Below the pieces are notes generated by a model, which searched no databases, was not told the origin of the DNA, and was given only the letters and a program-made list of their open reading frames with translations. A stretch of 64,000 bases of DNA, taken from contig OZ231126.1 in NCBI GenBank assembly GCA_965153355.1, positions 46,624,001 through 46,688,000 on the forward strand, read 5' to 3'. Below are positions 37,758 through 49,417 of the stretch, piece by piece. How positions within the stretch are numbered: position 1 is the stretch's first letter; each line of letters starts with the position of its first letter. Made by a program: the position numbers and the translations under genes. The DNA comes from Flaccisagitta enflata. Taxonomy: Eukaryota.

Positions 37758-40700
37758 TCAGTCAGTATCGTCACCGCCATCTGAAGCTTCATCTGACTCG
37801 CTATCTTGATTCTGTTCTGTCTGTCTTTTGTAATCCCGATGTAATAGCGAGTGATGAAACCCCCCTGTACAATGATCGCACTCAATCCCTGAGTCACAGT
37901 TCTTTGCAATGTGACCATGCTGAAAACATCTGTGGCATAGTCCTCTGGTTTTTAGAACTAAAAATCTCCCATACTGGTTTTTAGCTAGGAACTCTTTACA
38001 GTTGGTAAGCTCATGGAACTTGGACCGGTTGCAGACGGGGCACGACCAATTACCTGTAGTCTGTTTGGAAGTGGCTGCAGATTGGTTGTTGTTCCCTGAC
38101 GCCGAAGAGTCAGTGTTGGCGCCCTTTCTTTGATTGTTGGCGGCGTCGTTTCCGCCTGAGGGGCGCTTGCCGGTTCCATAAGTCTGAGATTGTTGTTTTT
38201 GTTGCGTCTCGAGTTTGGCGGCCGCCACCTGTGCAGCCTTTTGTTGCTGTTGTTTGACCGAAGTTTGCGACGCCGCGGGAGTGTTGTCTGAAGGTGAGGT
38301 ACTGTTGTTGCCGGGAGTAGAGTCATTTCCTCCTTGCGGCTTTCCTCTCCCTCTCCCTCGCTTTCCTCCTCCTCCTCTGAAATTGTTGGTTGTTTCGGGG
38401 GCGCCGTTGGTTGATGTTGGTGACGCCGCTATAGCGTCAATTTTCATTGTCCTGGCGTCTTTCTTATTTTTGGGCGTCTCTTTGGGACCTCCAATCAACT
38501 CTCGTTCGTCCGAGATGAAATTTTGCGACCTGAGGAAAGTTAGGAAATCATCAAAACGGGGTTCAGGTTCCGCATTTTCAGGTTCAACACCCATGACCTG
38601 TTTACCCCTTTCGACTGCCCATCGATTTTTTACAAATGGAAGTTTTTTCCTAATTATCTTGTTTATAGTGTCAGCGTTATCAAAGGAATTAGCCCTTCCT
38701 GAGGCTTTAGCCTTAGTGACCTCCCCTTCTAGGTTGATTCTAAACTTTTTAAAGGCTGCTGTATCCTCCTGTTTAATAGCTGCTCCTGTTAAGAGACGAT
38801 CTATTATGGCTTGAGCTGACCGGGCATGATACCCATACTCCTGTTTGAGGTGACGGATTGCTTTTTGTAGATTCTCTTTGGGGTCCCCCTCTCCCTCATA
38901 GAGTTCACATATTTTAGCGGCGTCGCCGCTAAAATAGTGTTTTAATTCATAACACTGTTCCTGGGGGGCTACTTTTGATTCCTCAGTAACTCTCTTAAAT
39001 CTAAGCAGGGTGGATTCGAAATCTACATTATGATTCCCGTCAAACCTCTGATCGATGGGCAGTCGGTTGGACTTCAAATAATCCCTAGCATTACCAGCAG
39101 TTTGAATTAATAGTAACTGTACAGCAGCATCTTTAGCCGGGTCTGGCACACCATTAGCAGCACCTGACGAACTGTTAACTGTGTTCGATTGATTGCTAAC
39201 TGTGTTTGACTGACTGTTAACTGTGCCTGGCTGACTGTTAACTACATTTGAGGGGTTGTTAACCGCACCTGCTGATGATTGTGAGGAGTCATTTTGGTTT
39301 CCAGGACTGGTAACCGTCGATTGGTAGTCTTCGTCGTCGTCGGATAATGGCGTCCGATCTAATGGCGTTGGGTTCGTTGCGACGGGTGGAGGATTTGTTG
39401 CTGCCGGGAGCGAGGGCGCCGCCGCGGGAATCGAGTTCGCCGCCGCAGCTGATGTAGGACTCACTCCCGCTGGAATCGGGTTTGCCGGCGCGGTCATCGC
39501 CTGTGGGACCGAATTAGATTGAGGATTAATCGGTCCAACCGGATTTACAGTCGGGTAAATGGGCAATGAGGGCGGGGGCATTTGGAACCTTGGGTCAAAA
39601 TAAGGCCATACAAACTGAGGGTTAGGCCAGGGAAATGTTTGACCTGATGGGGGCATCTGAATGACTGGGGGATTCACAGGGCTGGTACAGGCTACAGGCG
39701 AGCCTGCCGCTGCCGTGACTCCTCCAGCCGGGTGGAAAAGAGGGTTAGACTGAGGTGCCCTGGGGTTAATTGGATGGTTAATAGGCCCATTTATTCCTGA
39801 TTGGGCTCCGCGCCTAACAGTACTAGCAGTGATGGTTGAACTGCCTGAATCGGATGAATGATGATGATCGGGCTGACCCGACCTGACTTGACCTGACCTG
39901 ACCCGTCCTGACCTTACCTGTTCAGGCTGACCGGTTTGGGTCTGATTGGGGGCTGATGTTTGAATGTTCTGATTTTGACCTTGAATTGGAGCTGGGTAAG
40001 TCTGATCGGGGTCATGGTTAAATTGACTCTGAGGGGTATTGTCTTGCCTTATAACTGGGGTGATAGATTGATTACCGGAATGACCCACTTGAGGCTGATT
40101 ATTTTGGTCAATGGGAATCGAGGGATTAGAGGATTGATTCCTGTCATGCCTAGAGGATCGAGATCGAGGTGGTCTGTCATTACGGTCCGTATTTCTCGAG
40201 CAAGAGGAAATTGAGTCGGTCGGTCTGACCGCTGCCTGATTAGGGTCATTTTGAGTATCTAACCAGGAATCTGTACGGGTTGGACCGACTGGTGCTAAGG
40301 CTGCTCCACCGAGTGGATGTTGGAGCAGATCGCTTAGTTCGCCCACGGCAGCGTTTACATGTCTGCCTATTGACTGCAAGCTGGTATTATGTGCTTGTTC
40401 AGATATCCTAGTCATCTCCTCCTCATATCTTTGAACCCTTCTTTCAAGCCTACCCTTCTTTCTGTGAATTGAGTCATACCTAACACGTAGAATCGAGGTG
40501 GCATTTCCGGCGTTGGCGGTGGCCGGCGGGCTCTCGTCCATAGCGGGCTGATCGAAGTTAGTCCGATTAGAGGCCGTTGATGAGGAGACTAACGAGGTAT
40601 GGTCGGTCATCCCGGATACTAAGGATGTTGCATTAGATCGAGATGGAATTTCGCGGCGTCCGGCGCTGTTATTGCTTTCCGGCGGCGCCCTTTCGCGCGT

Positions 40701-41450
40701 CGTTTCATCGTCTATCACGGACGGCGCCCTCGACGTCTCACTGAAGGCTATGAGGGCTAGTTGAGGTTGAGGCGCCGTTCCAGCGGCCGCCGGCGTCGTC
40801 GCGATGGGCGCTGTAGATGATGCTTCCGGCGCCGGGAGTGCAGGGCGCGCGGGCGGCGCGGGAAGCGCCGGGGAAGCGGTTGGTCGTGTCGGTGCGGATA
40901 GTAACGGCGGCGGCAGTGGTCCTATGAACGGCTCCCTCGGCGGAAGCGGACCTACAGCCGGCGGCGTCGTTTCTAGTAGGCTGATCCGATTGAGCGGCGC
41001 TACTCGCAAATCGAGGGGAAACGGAGGAAGGACTGGTCCAGCGTCTCGATTGATCCTGTTAAGGAATGTACCAGCGATTTGTGGGTCAATTTCTATGACT
41101 GGTGGAAATTCAAAAGGTGGATGGGAGTCTAGTGACATCTGCATCCGACCAATTATACTGATCAAACTATCCCTGTCTGCAATGATGGTAAATTTATCAC
41201 AGATCTCAGAAATGGCTAACTTTTGTACTGTTAACTGAGACCTAAGGTCATTGGCCTGAACCTTAAATTCCTGGTCTGGATGGTCTCGGCCCATGCCAAA
41301 GGCTTGAACGAATTTTTGAATAAGGGCCGTAGACTCTTTTATCAGCTTACGGGCGTGACGACTATCAAAACGGGCAGCAACGTCATAATACATGGCACAC
41401 CCCGGGGGTAGGCCCCTGGGCGCGTCAGGGGGTAAGCCCCCTTCTGCCAT
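37758..41450 (-). CDS. gag: Bel/Pao Gag-like protein, 1230 aa
   Basis: Long ORF with a DUF1759-like core (FDGN...ELKHYFSGDAAKI...LKQEYG) and the C-terminal Cys/His cluster CPVC..H...C / CHRCFQHGHIAKNC / CDHCTGGFHHSLLH typical of Bel/Pao; long P/S/Q/N low-complexity N-terminal half. Confidence 0.92.
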   Translation of the reverse strand: MAEGGLPPDAPRGLPPGCAMYYDVAARFDSRHARKLIKESTALIQKFVQAFGMGRDHPDQEFKVQANDLRSQLTVQKLAISEICDKFTIIADRDSLISIIGRMQMSLDSHPPFEFPPVIEIDPQIAGTFLNRINRDAGPVLPPFPLDLRVAPLNRISLLETTPPAVGPLPPREPFIGPLPPPLLSAPTRPTASPALPAPPARPALPAPEASSTAPIATTPAAAGTAPQPQLALIAFSETSRAPSVIDDETTRERAPPESNNSAGRREIPSRSNATSLVSGMTDHTSLVSSSTASNRTNFDQPAMDESPPATANAGNATSILRVRYDSIHRKKGRLERRVQRYEEEMTRISEQAHNTSLQSIGRHVNAAVGELSDLLQHPLGGAALAPVGPTRTDSWLDTQNDPNQAAVRPTDSISSCSRNTDRNDRPPRSRSSRHDRNQSSNPSIPIDQNNQPQVGHSGNQSITPVIRQDNTPQSQFNHDPDQTYPAPIQGQNQNIQTSAPNQTQTGQPEQVRSGRVRSGQVRSGQPDHHHSSDSGSSTITASTVRRGAQSGINGPINHPINPRAPQSNPLFHPAGGVTAAAGSPVACTSPVNPPVIQMPPSGQTFPWPNPQFVWPYFDPRFQMPPPSLPIYPTVNPVGPINPQSNSVPQAMTAPANPIPAGVSPTSAAAANSIPAAAPSLPAATNPPPVATNPTPLDRTPLSDDDEDYQSTVTSPGNQNDSSQSSAGAVNNPSNVVNSQPGTVNSQSNTVSNQSNTVNSSSGAANGVPDPAKDAAVQLLLIQTAGNARDYLKSNRLPIDQRFDGNHNVDFESTLLRFKRVTEESKVAPQEQCYELKHYFSGDAAKICELYEGEGDPKENLQKAIRHLKQEYGYHARSAQAIIDRLLTGAAIKQEDTAAFKKFRINLEGEVTKAKASGRANSFDNADTINKIIRKKLPFVKNRWAVERGKQVMGVEPENAEPEPRFDDFLTFLRSQNFISDERELIGGPKETPKNKKDARTMKIDAIAASPTSTNGAPETTNNFRGGGGKRGRGRGKPQGGNDSTPGNNSTSPSDNTPAASQTSVKQQQQKAAQVAAAKLETQQKQQSQTYGTGKRPSGGNDAANNQRKGANTDSSASGNNNQSAATSKQTTGNWSCPVCNRSKFHELTNCKEFLAKNQYGRFLVLKTRGLCHRCFQHGHIAKNCDSGIECDHCTGGFHHSLLHRDYKRQTEQNQDSESDEASDGGDDTD

Positions 41451-41908
41451 GATAATTTCTTTTTAACTAAAGTCGATCAGGGGGTTTAGATCCTTAAATA
41501 GTTCAGGCCAAAGATCTTGGGTCAAGAAGGCTCGCGTACCGAGGCCTAACTGACGCCTAAGATACTAAATTCTGTTCTTCCTGGACACGGCGCCCCTCCT
41601 AAGGGATGGGCGCGAGGACTAATTATCGGACGGGCGTGACCCTTAGATGAACAAGTTTCTAACAACGCAGTTTCTCTTATAAATCCTATCTGACGGCCGA
41701 AGCTCTTCCCGGAGGAAAAGCACGGAACGTAATTTAACGAGAATTAGCAATGGACCGGCGCCCGTCGTGAGAGGGGCGCGGTCCTAAATTCGGATCGGTA
41801 AATAAATCTGAGAATTGTACTCGTCGAATACTCACCCACGGAGACGAAGTCTTTGACGTTTCCAAACGCAATTAAGCAAGAGCATAAAAAGAGCGCGCGA
41901 TATCAACA

Positions 41909-41917
41909 AGTTCAAAC
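41909..41917 (-). other. Non-canonical primer-binding site (candidate self-priming site)
   Basis: Minus strand after the 5' LTR reads GTTTGAACT with no TGG; it is complementary to LTR 42076-42084 (minus AGTTCAAAC). Confidence 0.5.
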
Positions 41918-42764
41918 TGTTACTGAGCAACCTCAGTATATATTTCTAATGCCCTATTATGCTCCTGCTTTAGCGTTCGCGCTGAGTCCTTGACTGCTTG
42001 CTTGTCTTCTAATAAATACAGCGAAATCTTATCCAAACGAATTCTTTATTAGAAGAAGATATCCAAAGCAACGTAGTTTGAACTGTAAAGGACAGATAAT
42101 AATGGAATTTAGACAGAGACACAAAAGCTATATAGTTAGGCCAGATGCTTTAAGACTCTAAAAATGTAACATGAAAATGAATCTAATATGTAAAGGAGGC
42201 CCAAGTTACCTTGGTTATGCGCTGAGACGGTAAAGAAAAGTATCCAGTATTCTCCAAAATCAGAGGCAAAGTATGAGAGTAACAATCCAAATCAGTAAAT
42301 CCGGAGCAAATAAATCGTAATAAATTCGCAGGAGAATCTATCGTAAATGAATAATGCGGAAGGGAATTTGGCGGCTCTCGACTAATTCTAAAAGTGGTCA
42401 ACAGAGGGCGCTGAATTCCGCCGCCAAAATCGCCTAAACATAAGGCCCGCTCAAATCTACCGTAAACAAAAGGCCTCTTCGTAGGTAAAGCGAATTAAAG
42501 CAAAGGACGCGAATAAACCGAAACTAAACAGAGAATAAATCTATTCGGACAGACAATAATCAAATGGGACAGACATAAGGACAGTTCAGACAGACAAAGG
42601 ACATCAAAATAATCATCAAAATATCAAATCAAAATAATCAACCTGAAAAGAAAAGATTAGAAATACCCAAATACCTACCTGAAATATGAACCCAAATTCA
42701 ATATATATAAACCAAAATAAATCAATACCAATAAGACATGGCCCCAAAACCTTGCTTCACGACA
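41918..42764 (-). repeat. 5' LTR (847 bp)
   Basis: Begins tgttactgagc and ends cttcacgaca on +; matches 22954-23802 apart from one 2-bp indel and one substitution seen by eye; lies upstream of gag on the minus strand. Confidence 0.96.
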
Positions 42765-42768
42765 GAGA

Positions 42769-42819
<51 letters not shown>

Positions 42820-43299
42820 AGAAGAAGAAGAAGAAGAAGAAGAAGAAGAAGAAGAAGAAGAAGAAGAAGAAGAAGAAGAAGAAGAAGAAGAACTAGTAGA
42901 AGACGAAGAAAAAGAAGTAGACGAAGAAGAAAATATTTATAGAAAGGGAAACATAACCAAACTGTTCAAGAAGAAAAAGATGGAGGGCAAAGACGAGGAG
43001 GTGAAGGATCATACTATGCCAGCCTGGGGGCTGGGGCATTAGCCACAGTGACTAGCTATGAAGCTGCATAACAAATTTTACCTGAGAAATTGTGGGGCTC
43101 ATGCTAATTCCATTGTTAATGCTAATGTCAATATTTTTTAGTACTTTTTAACCTAAGAAGATGTAATTCCTGATGCAAGCCTGCATTTATACCAGGAATG
43201 ATGTTGACTTTACCACCCCAGGTTGGTATAGTATCCCCCTTACTCTCCCCCCCCTTGCCATGTTAACATTATCTCTGATGATCTATGTTTCCTGTCACT

Positions 43300-43850
43300 G
43301 CCGATTCTGCCGCTGCCGACTGTCCATCACATTATCACATCACATCACGTTATCTCTGTCTCCTCTCACTGCCAATTCTGCTACTGCCGATTTTTATATT
43401 TTCTTTTCTCTGTGTCCTACCATTGCCGATTCTGCCGCTGCCGACTCTCTTCATTTCCTTTACTCTGTCTCCTACAGCAGCCGATTCTGCCGATGCCGAC
43501 TCTATTTCATTCTCTCTGGCTCATGCCTCTGCCAATTTTGCCAACCCTGCCGACCCTGCCGACCCTGCTAACCCTGCCGACTGCCGACTTTGCCGACTCT
43601 GCCGACTTTGCCGACTTTGCCGACTTTGCCGACTTTGCCGACTTTGCCGACTCTGCCGACTCTGCCGACTCTGCCGACTCTGCCGACTCAGCCGACTCAG
43701 CCGACTCAGCCGACTCAGCCGACTCAGCCAACTCAGCCGACTCAGCCGACTCAGCCGACTCTGCCGACTCTGCCGACTCTGCCGACTCTGCCGACTCAGC
43801 CGACTCAGCCGACTCAGCCGACTCTGCCGACTCTGCCGACTCTGCCAACT
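43300..43850 (+). repeat. 9-bp minisatellite (ctgccgact)n
   Basis: Visible array; source of the spurious ADS/PTL/CRL ORFs. Confidence 0.9.
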
Positions 43851-44272
43851 CTTCAATTTTTTTCAGAAAATTTCTTACTAATTTATTTTTCAGTTATAAA
43901 AAAAAACTTTTTTTTTATCTGATTTTCAGAAAATTTCTTACTAATTTCTTTTTCCAGTTATGAAAAAAAAACTTTTTTTTTATCTGATTTAGATTCTTCC
44001 TATAGGGATAGCTTTGTAGTTGCGTGCTAAGCGACTAAACACTACTTTGTCCGTCCGTCAGTTGGTAGGTCAGTTTAAAGTTTGAAGAATGAATAAAAGG
44101 GAAAATAGACAAATCAAGGTATTTATTGATAGACAACGGAACACTAGACAGGCTTGAAGACAGATACAGACATACAAGGGAGCAGGCTGACAGTTAAGAG
44201 ACAGTGAAGTTGAATGAAATTTCGGGCATTGGGCAGACGAAGAGATCAAGCCACAGGCACACAGGCACACAG

Positions 44273-44339
<67 letters not shown>

Positions 44340-45114
44340 AACGGACCAAAAACGCCAGGAACAAATTCGTGTAGCAAGTGCCGGAAAGGAATGATAATTT
44401 AAGAGGCTTTTTTTAAGAGCGAGCCCGCGAGCCCGCGTCTCTCCAATTTGCTGTTGGGCTCTCACTTTCTGCTGGCTCTGAGCCCGGCAGGCTCCCTCTT
44501 ATTTGGTGTGACATGTTAGACTCAAGTGGATTTAATCATTTTCGTAAAATTTTAAAAAAGCCGACTGGCAAGTTGAGAGTTACTGAAAAGTAAAATATCA
44601 GAAAGCAAATGCATTTCCTCCACTGGGGCGTTTCTAGTCGCAGACAATCGCGTTTTTAACGGGCCACTCGGTCGCTTGCTACGTTCGTTCGCTCGCACCG
44701 CTCACTCCACTCATGGGCTCGCTGGGAACAAATGCGTTTTTCATCTTCACTAGAAACACGCCCACTGTCTCTAATCTCTATCATGAAATGTGAACAGCTA
44801 ATTGTTAAATGAGCTTAAGCATCTAGGCTAAGATAAAATGTGAACAGCTAATTGATAAATGAGCATGCTAGGCTTCTCCACTGAGTCGGTGGGTCCATTT
44901 GTTGGTTGGTCCATTGATAACTCTTTCCTATTTGGGCGTTTAAACGCGTTTTCGGGACATTAAAGCATCACTGCCTGTTTTTTTCAAGTGCATTGTAAGT
45001 GTGTCTGTAGTTGATAATGATTTCTATTTACAGAGATACTAAGATGAAAGAAGCCACTGTTTGTAGGCACATAGGATTAGAAAATTGACAAAAATTGTCA
45101 TTTTTTTCCGTTTA

Positions 45115-45423
<309 letters not shown>

Positions 45424-45458
45424 GTCTCTCTCTTAGTCTCTCTCTTAGTCTCTCTCTT

Positions 45459-45600
<142 letters not shown>

Positions 45601-46252
45601 CGAGGAGCAGACGGAGTGGATGGAGAGGATGAAAAAATAATAATATTCTACCGTCTGAACATAACCTTTTAGAGTGTCATTTATCTATTTTCATTCATCT
45701 AACGCGTGATCAGCCTAGAGTATGATGCAATTACTCAAAAAGATTTGCTTGTACAAATAGAAATCGTCCAATAAAGTTACAAAGAGCCATCAACGTTTTT
45801 AGTCGCGTGGACGCGACTCTACGCCCCACTTTGTCCGTCCGTCCGTCGGTCGGTTGGTCCCCATTTTACTTTTTTTATCAATTTTATTTCTGTAAGTCAT
45901 TTTAAGTCATTTAAGGGTAAAATAAGTCATTCTAAGTCATTCCAAGTCATTCTATGTCAATCTGTAAGTCTCGCAGGCGACTTATAGGTGCTGGCCTTGT
46001 TATTTTTAATTACAATAATCATGGCTTTGCTTTATTTAGATAGGTGTAACTTAGATACCAAAATTTGACAAAGTTTTAAAACCTCATGTCATCTTATCTA
46101 GACATTTGACATTAGACAAAGTTGTTTTTTTCATACTTTGAAAAAAAAATGTCGAGATTACACGGTGCGCCCGAATAAACTAAAGACCCCAGATTGGTCC
46201 CATTTTAGAAGTCACCCCGTGTAATGGAAATTCTCAAACCATACAACTAAAA

Positions 46253-46896
46253 ATAGTCGCAAAAGCGTTAGATGGTCAGCGGTACCCGTTGCCCCTATGT
46301 GAGTGTATGTGTGGGAGAGGTGGTTAGAGGGGCAGCGGCCCCGAAGGGGCCGATGACCTATGCTGTTTTTATTTGAGCCTCAAGGCTGGGATTAGGGCCT
46401 GGAGGCTGGAATTTAGGCCTCCAGACTGGGATTTGAGCCTCGAGGCTGGGATTTGAGCTTCAAGGCTGGGATTTGAGCTTCAAGGCTGGGATTTGAGCCT
46501 CGAGGCTAGGTTTTGGGCCTCGAGGCTGGGATTTGAGCCTCGAGACTGGGATTGGAGCCTCGAGGCTGGGAATTGAGCCTCGAGGCTGGGATTTGAGCCT
46601 TGAGGCTGGGAATTGAGCTTCAAGGCTGGGATTTGAGCCTCGAGGCTGGGATTTGAGCCTCGAGGCTGGGTTTTGAGCCTCGAGGCTGGGTTTTGAGCCT
46701 CGAGGCTGGGTTTTGAGCCTCGAGGCTGGGTTTCGAGCCTCGAGGCTGGGATTTGAGCCTCGAGGCTAGAATTTGGGCCCGGGGGGGGGGGGACGGAGAA
46801 GAAGAAGGAGAAGAAGGAGAAGGAGGAGAAGGAAAAAGTTTCCCATATGTGTGAAAGCATAGGTCATCGGCCCCTTCGGGGCCGCTGCCCAAAAAA
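46253..46896 (-). mobile_element. Helentron-like non-autonomous element with central 20-bp tandem array (gcctcgaggctgggatttga)n
   Basis: 35-bp subTIR gggcagcggccccgaaggggccgatgacctatgct near both ends; inverted relative at 56759-57672 and partial copy at 15325-15660. Confidence 0.7.
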
Positions 46897-47018
46897 GACG
46901 CACTTTTGAATGACTAATTTAGCTTATGAATATAAGAAAAACTTATGAAAATCATAGGTCATCTGAAAGCCCTTCAAAAGTACTTTCATTTGTCGCCATT
47001 CTGATATTGCTTTCTTAA

Positions 47019-47921
47019 GGCTTACATTTCCTCAAGATAGGCGACAAATTAAAATTCTGTTTTCATGATGATTGAATTAATATGCGTACTGAGGGACTCT
47101 CTTTCAATTTTCGACTGTATAGCACTGGCCTGACCCAATTTAATAAGCAAAAACAAAATCAAGAATGCTTTGGTTAAGTAAAGGGGAAAAAATGAAAATT
47201 ATTAATGTATCAGTGCAGGAAATGAACAACAGACTAGAGGGGAATGTCTGTCCTTCCTTAATCACAAATTCCTCTTCCAATGTCAATGTTTTAAAAATTT
47301 GATTTCTATTCTCACCTTGCGCATTATCTCAGTGCTCATGTTAGGCGATCTACTCACAAGCCACAGACGCTGACTGCTTTCATGAATTTGTGCTTTAAAA
47401 CTGATAGTTAGGGAGGCTAAAAAAGAGTTGATGAAAAAAATCGTTCATGAATTGTTTCTTTACTGTGTATTTTCTTTCGCTTTTCACTTTAATGAATGAC
47501 AAAATGATGGTAATTTTCTAGACATTCGCTAACCTGACTGGGGCAACGTAGGAAGCTGAAATTTTTACTGATGATAGAGAAGACATGTGGCCAGGGTAGA
47601 CCTGGAACAAATTCCCAAAAAAGCTACTAGCCTCTATATGGTTACATTTTACAGATTTCTTCTTGGATTTATTGTATGTAAAATGATAAAATTTAAATCT
47701 TTTTTACAGGTCTACCCTGACCACATGTCTTGTCTATCTTCAGTAAAAATTTCAGTCTCCTCCGTGGCCCCAGTCAGGCTAGCGAGTGCCTGAAAAATTG
47801 CCTATATTTGGGTTTTTTCAATTTTCTGAAATTTTTTGAAGGGGTTTCTTACATTAGTATTTGACATTCTATAAAGGAAAAAAAAATTTCAGGGTAACTT
47901 CATTTTGAAGCAACGATAGCC
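47019..47921. mobile_element. TTAA-flanked non-autonomous DNA transposon (Kolobok-like)
   Basis: ttaa|ggct...agcc|ttaa; internal ~80-bp inverted repeat 47523-47603 / 47707-47789. Confidence 0.6.
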
Positions 47922-48142
47922 TTAAGTCGTTTAGAAATGGCATTTTTATGAGTAAAACATTGCTAATTTCAGTTTCCAAACCCCTACATAGAAATGTAAT
48001 TTCACAAATTAGTACTCTCTTTGCAGGGCGCTAGCTTCTACACCGTATGAGATGCAGACCTGGGATTGAAAGATTTTTTAAAAATCTTTCAAAATGTCTC
48101 TTTTAAAAACAGCTTAAATTATTCTTTTATCTGGTGATGTGA

Positions 48143-48174
<32 letters not shown>

Positions 48175-48177
48175 CAA

Positions 48178-48226
<49 letters not shown>

Positions 48227-48349
48227 AAAAGAGAAAAAGAGAGAGAAAGAGAGAGAGAGACCTGCAGGAGATGGATATCCGCAGGATCGGCAGGATTGGC
48301 ATTTGCGGAGACAAGGAGTGAGGGGATAGAGGCAAGAAAAAAGACGTTC

Positions 48350-49020
48350 AGCAGTCGGCAGGATCGGCAGTTGGCAGCAGAAAGAAATAAAATAGAGATA
48401 AGAGAGAGTCAGCAGTCGGCAGAGTCGGCAGTTGACAGCAGACAGAAATGAAAGAGATATCAGAGAGTCGGCAGTCGGCAGAGTCGGCAGTCGGCAGCAG
48501 ACAGAAATGAAAAAGACATGAGAGAGTCGGCAGTCGGCAGAGGCAGGAGACAGAGAGAAGGGAATAGACAGGGTCGGCATCGCCAGAATCGGCAGAGGCA
48601 GGAGACAGAGAGAAGGGAATAGAAAGGGTCGGCATCAGCAGAATCGGCAGAGGCAGGAGACAGAGAGAAGGGAATAGACAGGGTCGGCATCGGCAGAATC
48701 GGCAGAGGCAGGAGACAGAGAGAAGGGAATAGACAGGGTCGGCATCGGCAGAATCGGCAGAAGCAGGAGACAGAGAGAAGGGAATAGACAGGGTCAGCAT
48801 TGGCAGAATTGGCAGAGGCAGGAGACAGAGAGAAGGGAATAGACAGGGTCGGCATCGGCAGAATCGGCAGAGGCAGGGGACAGAGAGAAGGGAATAGACA
48901 GTCGGCATCGGCAGAATCGGCAGAGGCAGGAGACAGAGATAGGGTTCAAAATACAGAGTCGGCGGCAAAATCGGCAGAGGCAAGACCTGAGTCTGGACTG
49001 GGTCAGAATCGGCAGAATTG
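48350..49020 (-). repeat. 54-bp tandem repeat containing inverted GCCGAC motifs
   Basis: ggcagaggcaggagacagagagaagggaatagacagggtcggcatcggcagaatc repeated about 7 times. Confidence 0.9.
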
Positions 49021-49331
49021 GGAGGCCCAGAGGTAAAGGGTAGGGGCAGGGGCATTCTTATTCCTCCAAAGATATGAAGGGGAATTGAGTTAGTAAACTA
49101 TCATGACCCAGAAGGGTAAGAGAAACGGAAGAAATGGTCAATCTTAGTATCAAACATTATGGAATGGTAATGTTTAAGGGCAGGGGCAAAGGGCAGGCTC
49201 ATTCCGGCTAATACCCCAGCCCCCAGGTTGGCATTAAGTTGAAAAATGGGAATGATGCTTGGAGATGATATTGGCAGGATCAAATCGAGTAATAGCCTCA
49301 TTTCTTCAGATGCAAATCTCTCTCTCTCTTA

Positions 49332-49366
<35 letters not shown>

Positions 49367-49381
49367 TCTCTCATTTCTCTC

Positions 49382-49417
<36 letters not shown>

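Larger units (their letters stand above)
22954..42764 (-). mobile_element. Full-length ~19.8-kb Bel/Pao (Belpaoviridae) LTR retrotransposon with a large 3' accessory region
   Basis: Two direct repeats with TG...CA ends (22954-23802, 41918-42764); GAGAG on both flanks (22949-22953, 42765-42769); purine tract next to the left LTR; gag with the Bel/Pao triple Cys/His knuckle; pol in PR-RT-RNaseH-IN order with Pao-type motifs. Confidence 0.97.

Noticed and set aside
43285-43963. Antifreeze- or collagen-like repetitive ORFs (ADS/PTL repeats)
   Set aside because: A 9-bp minisatellite open in all frames; no splice or start context.
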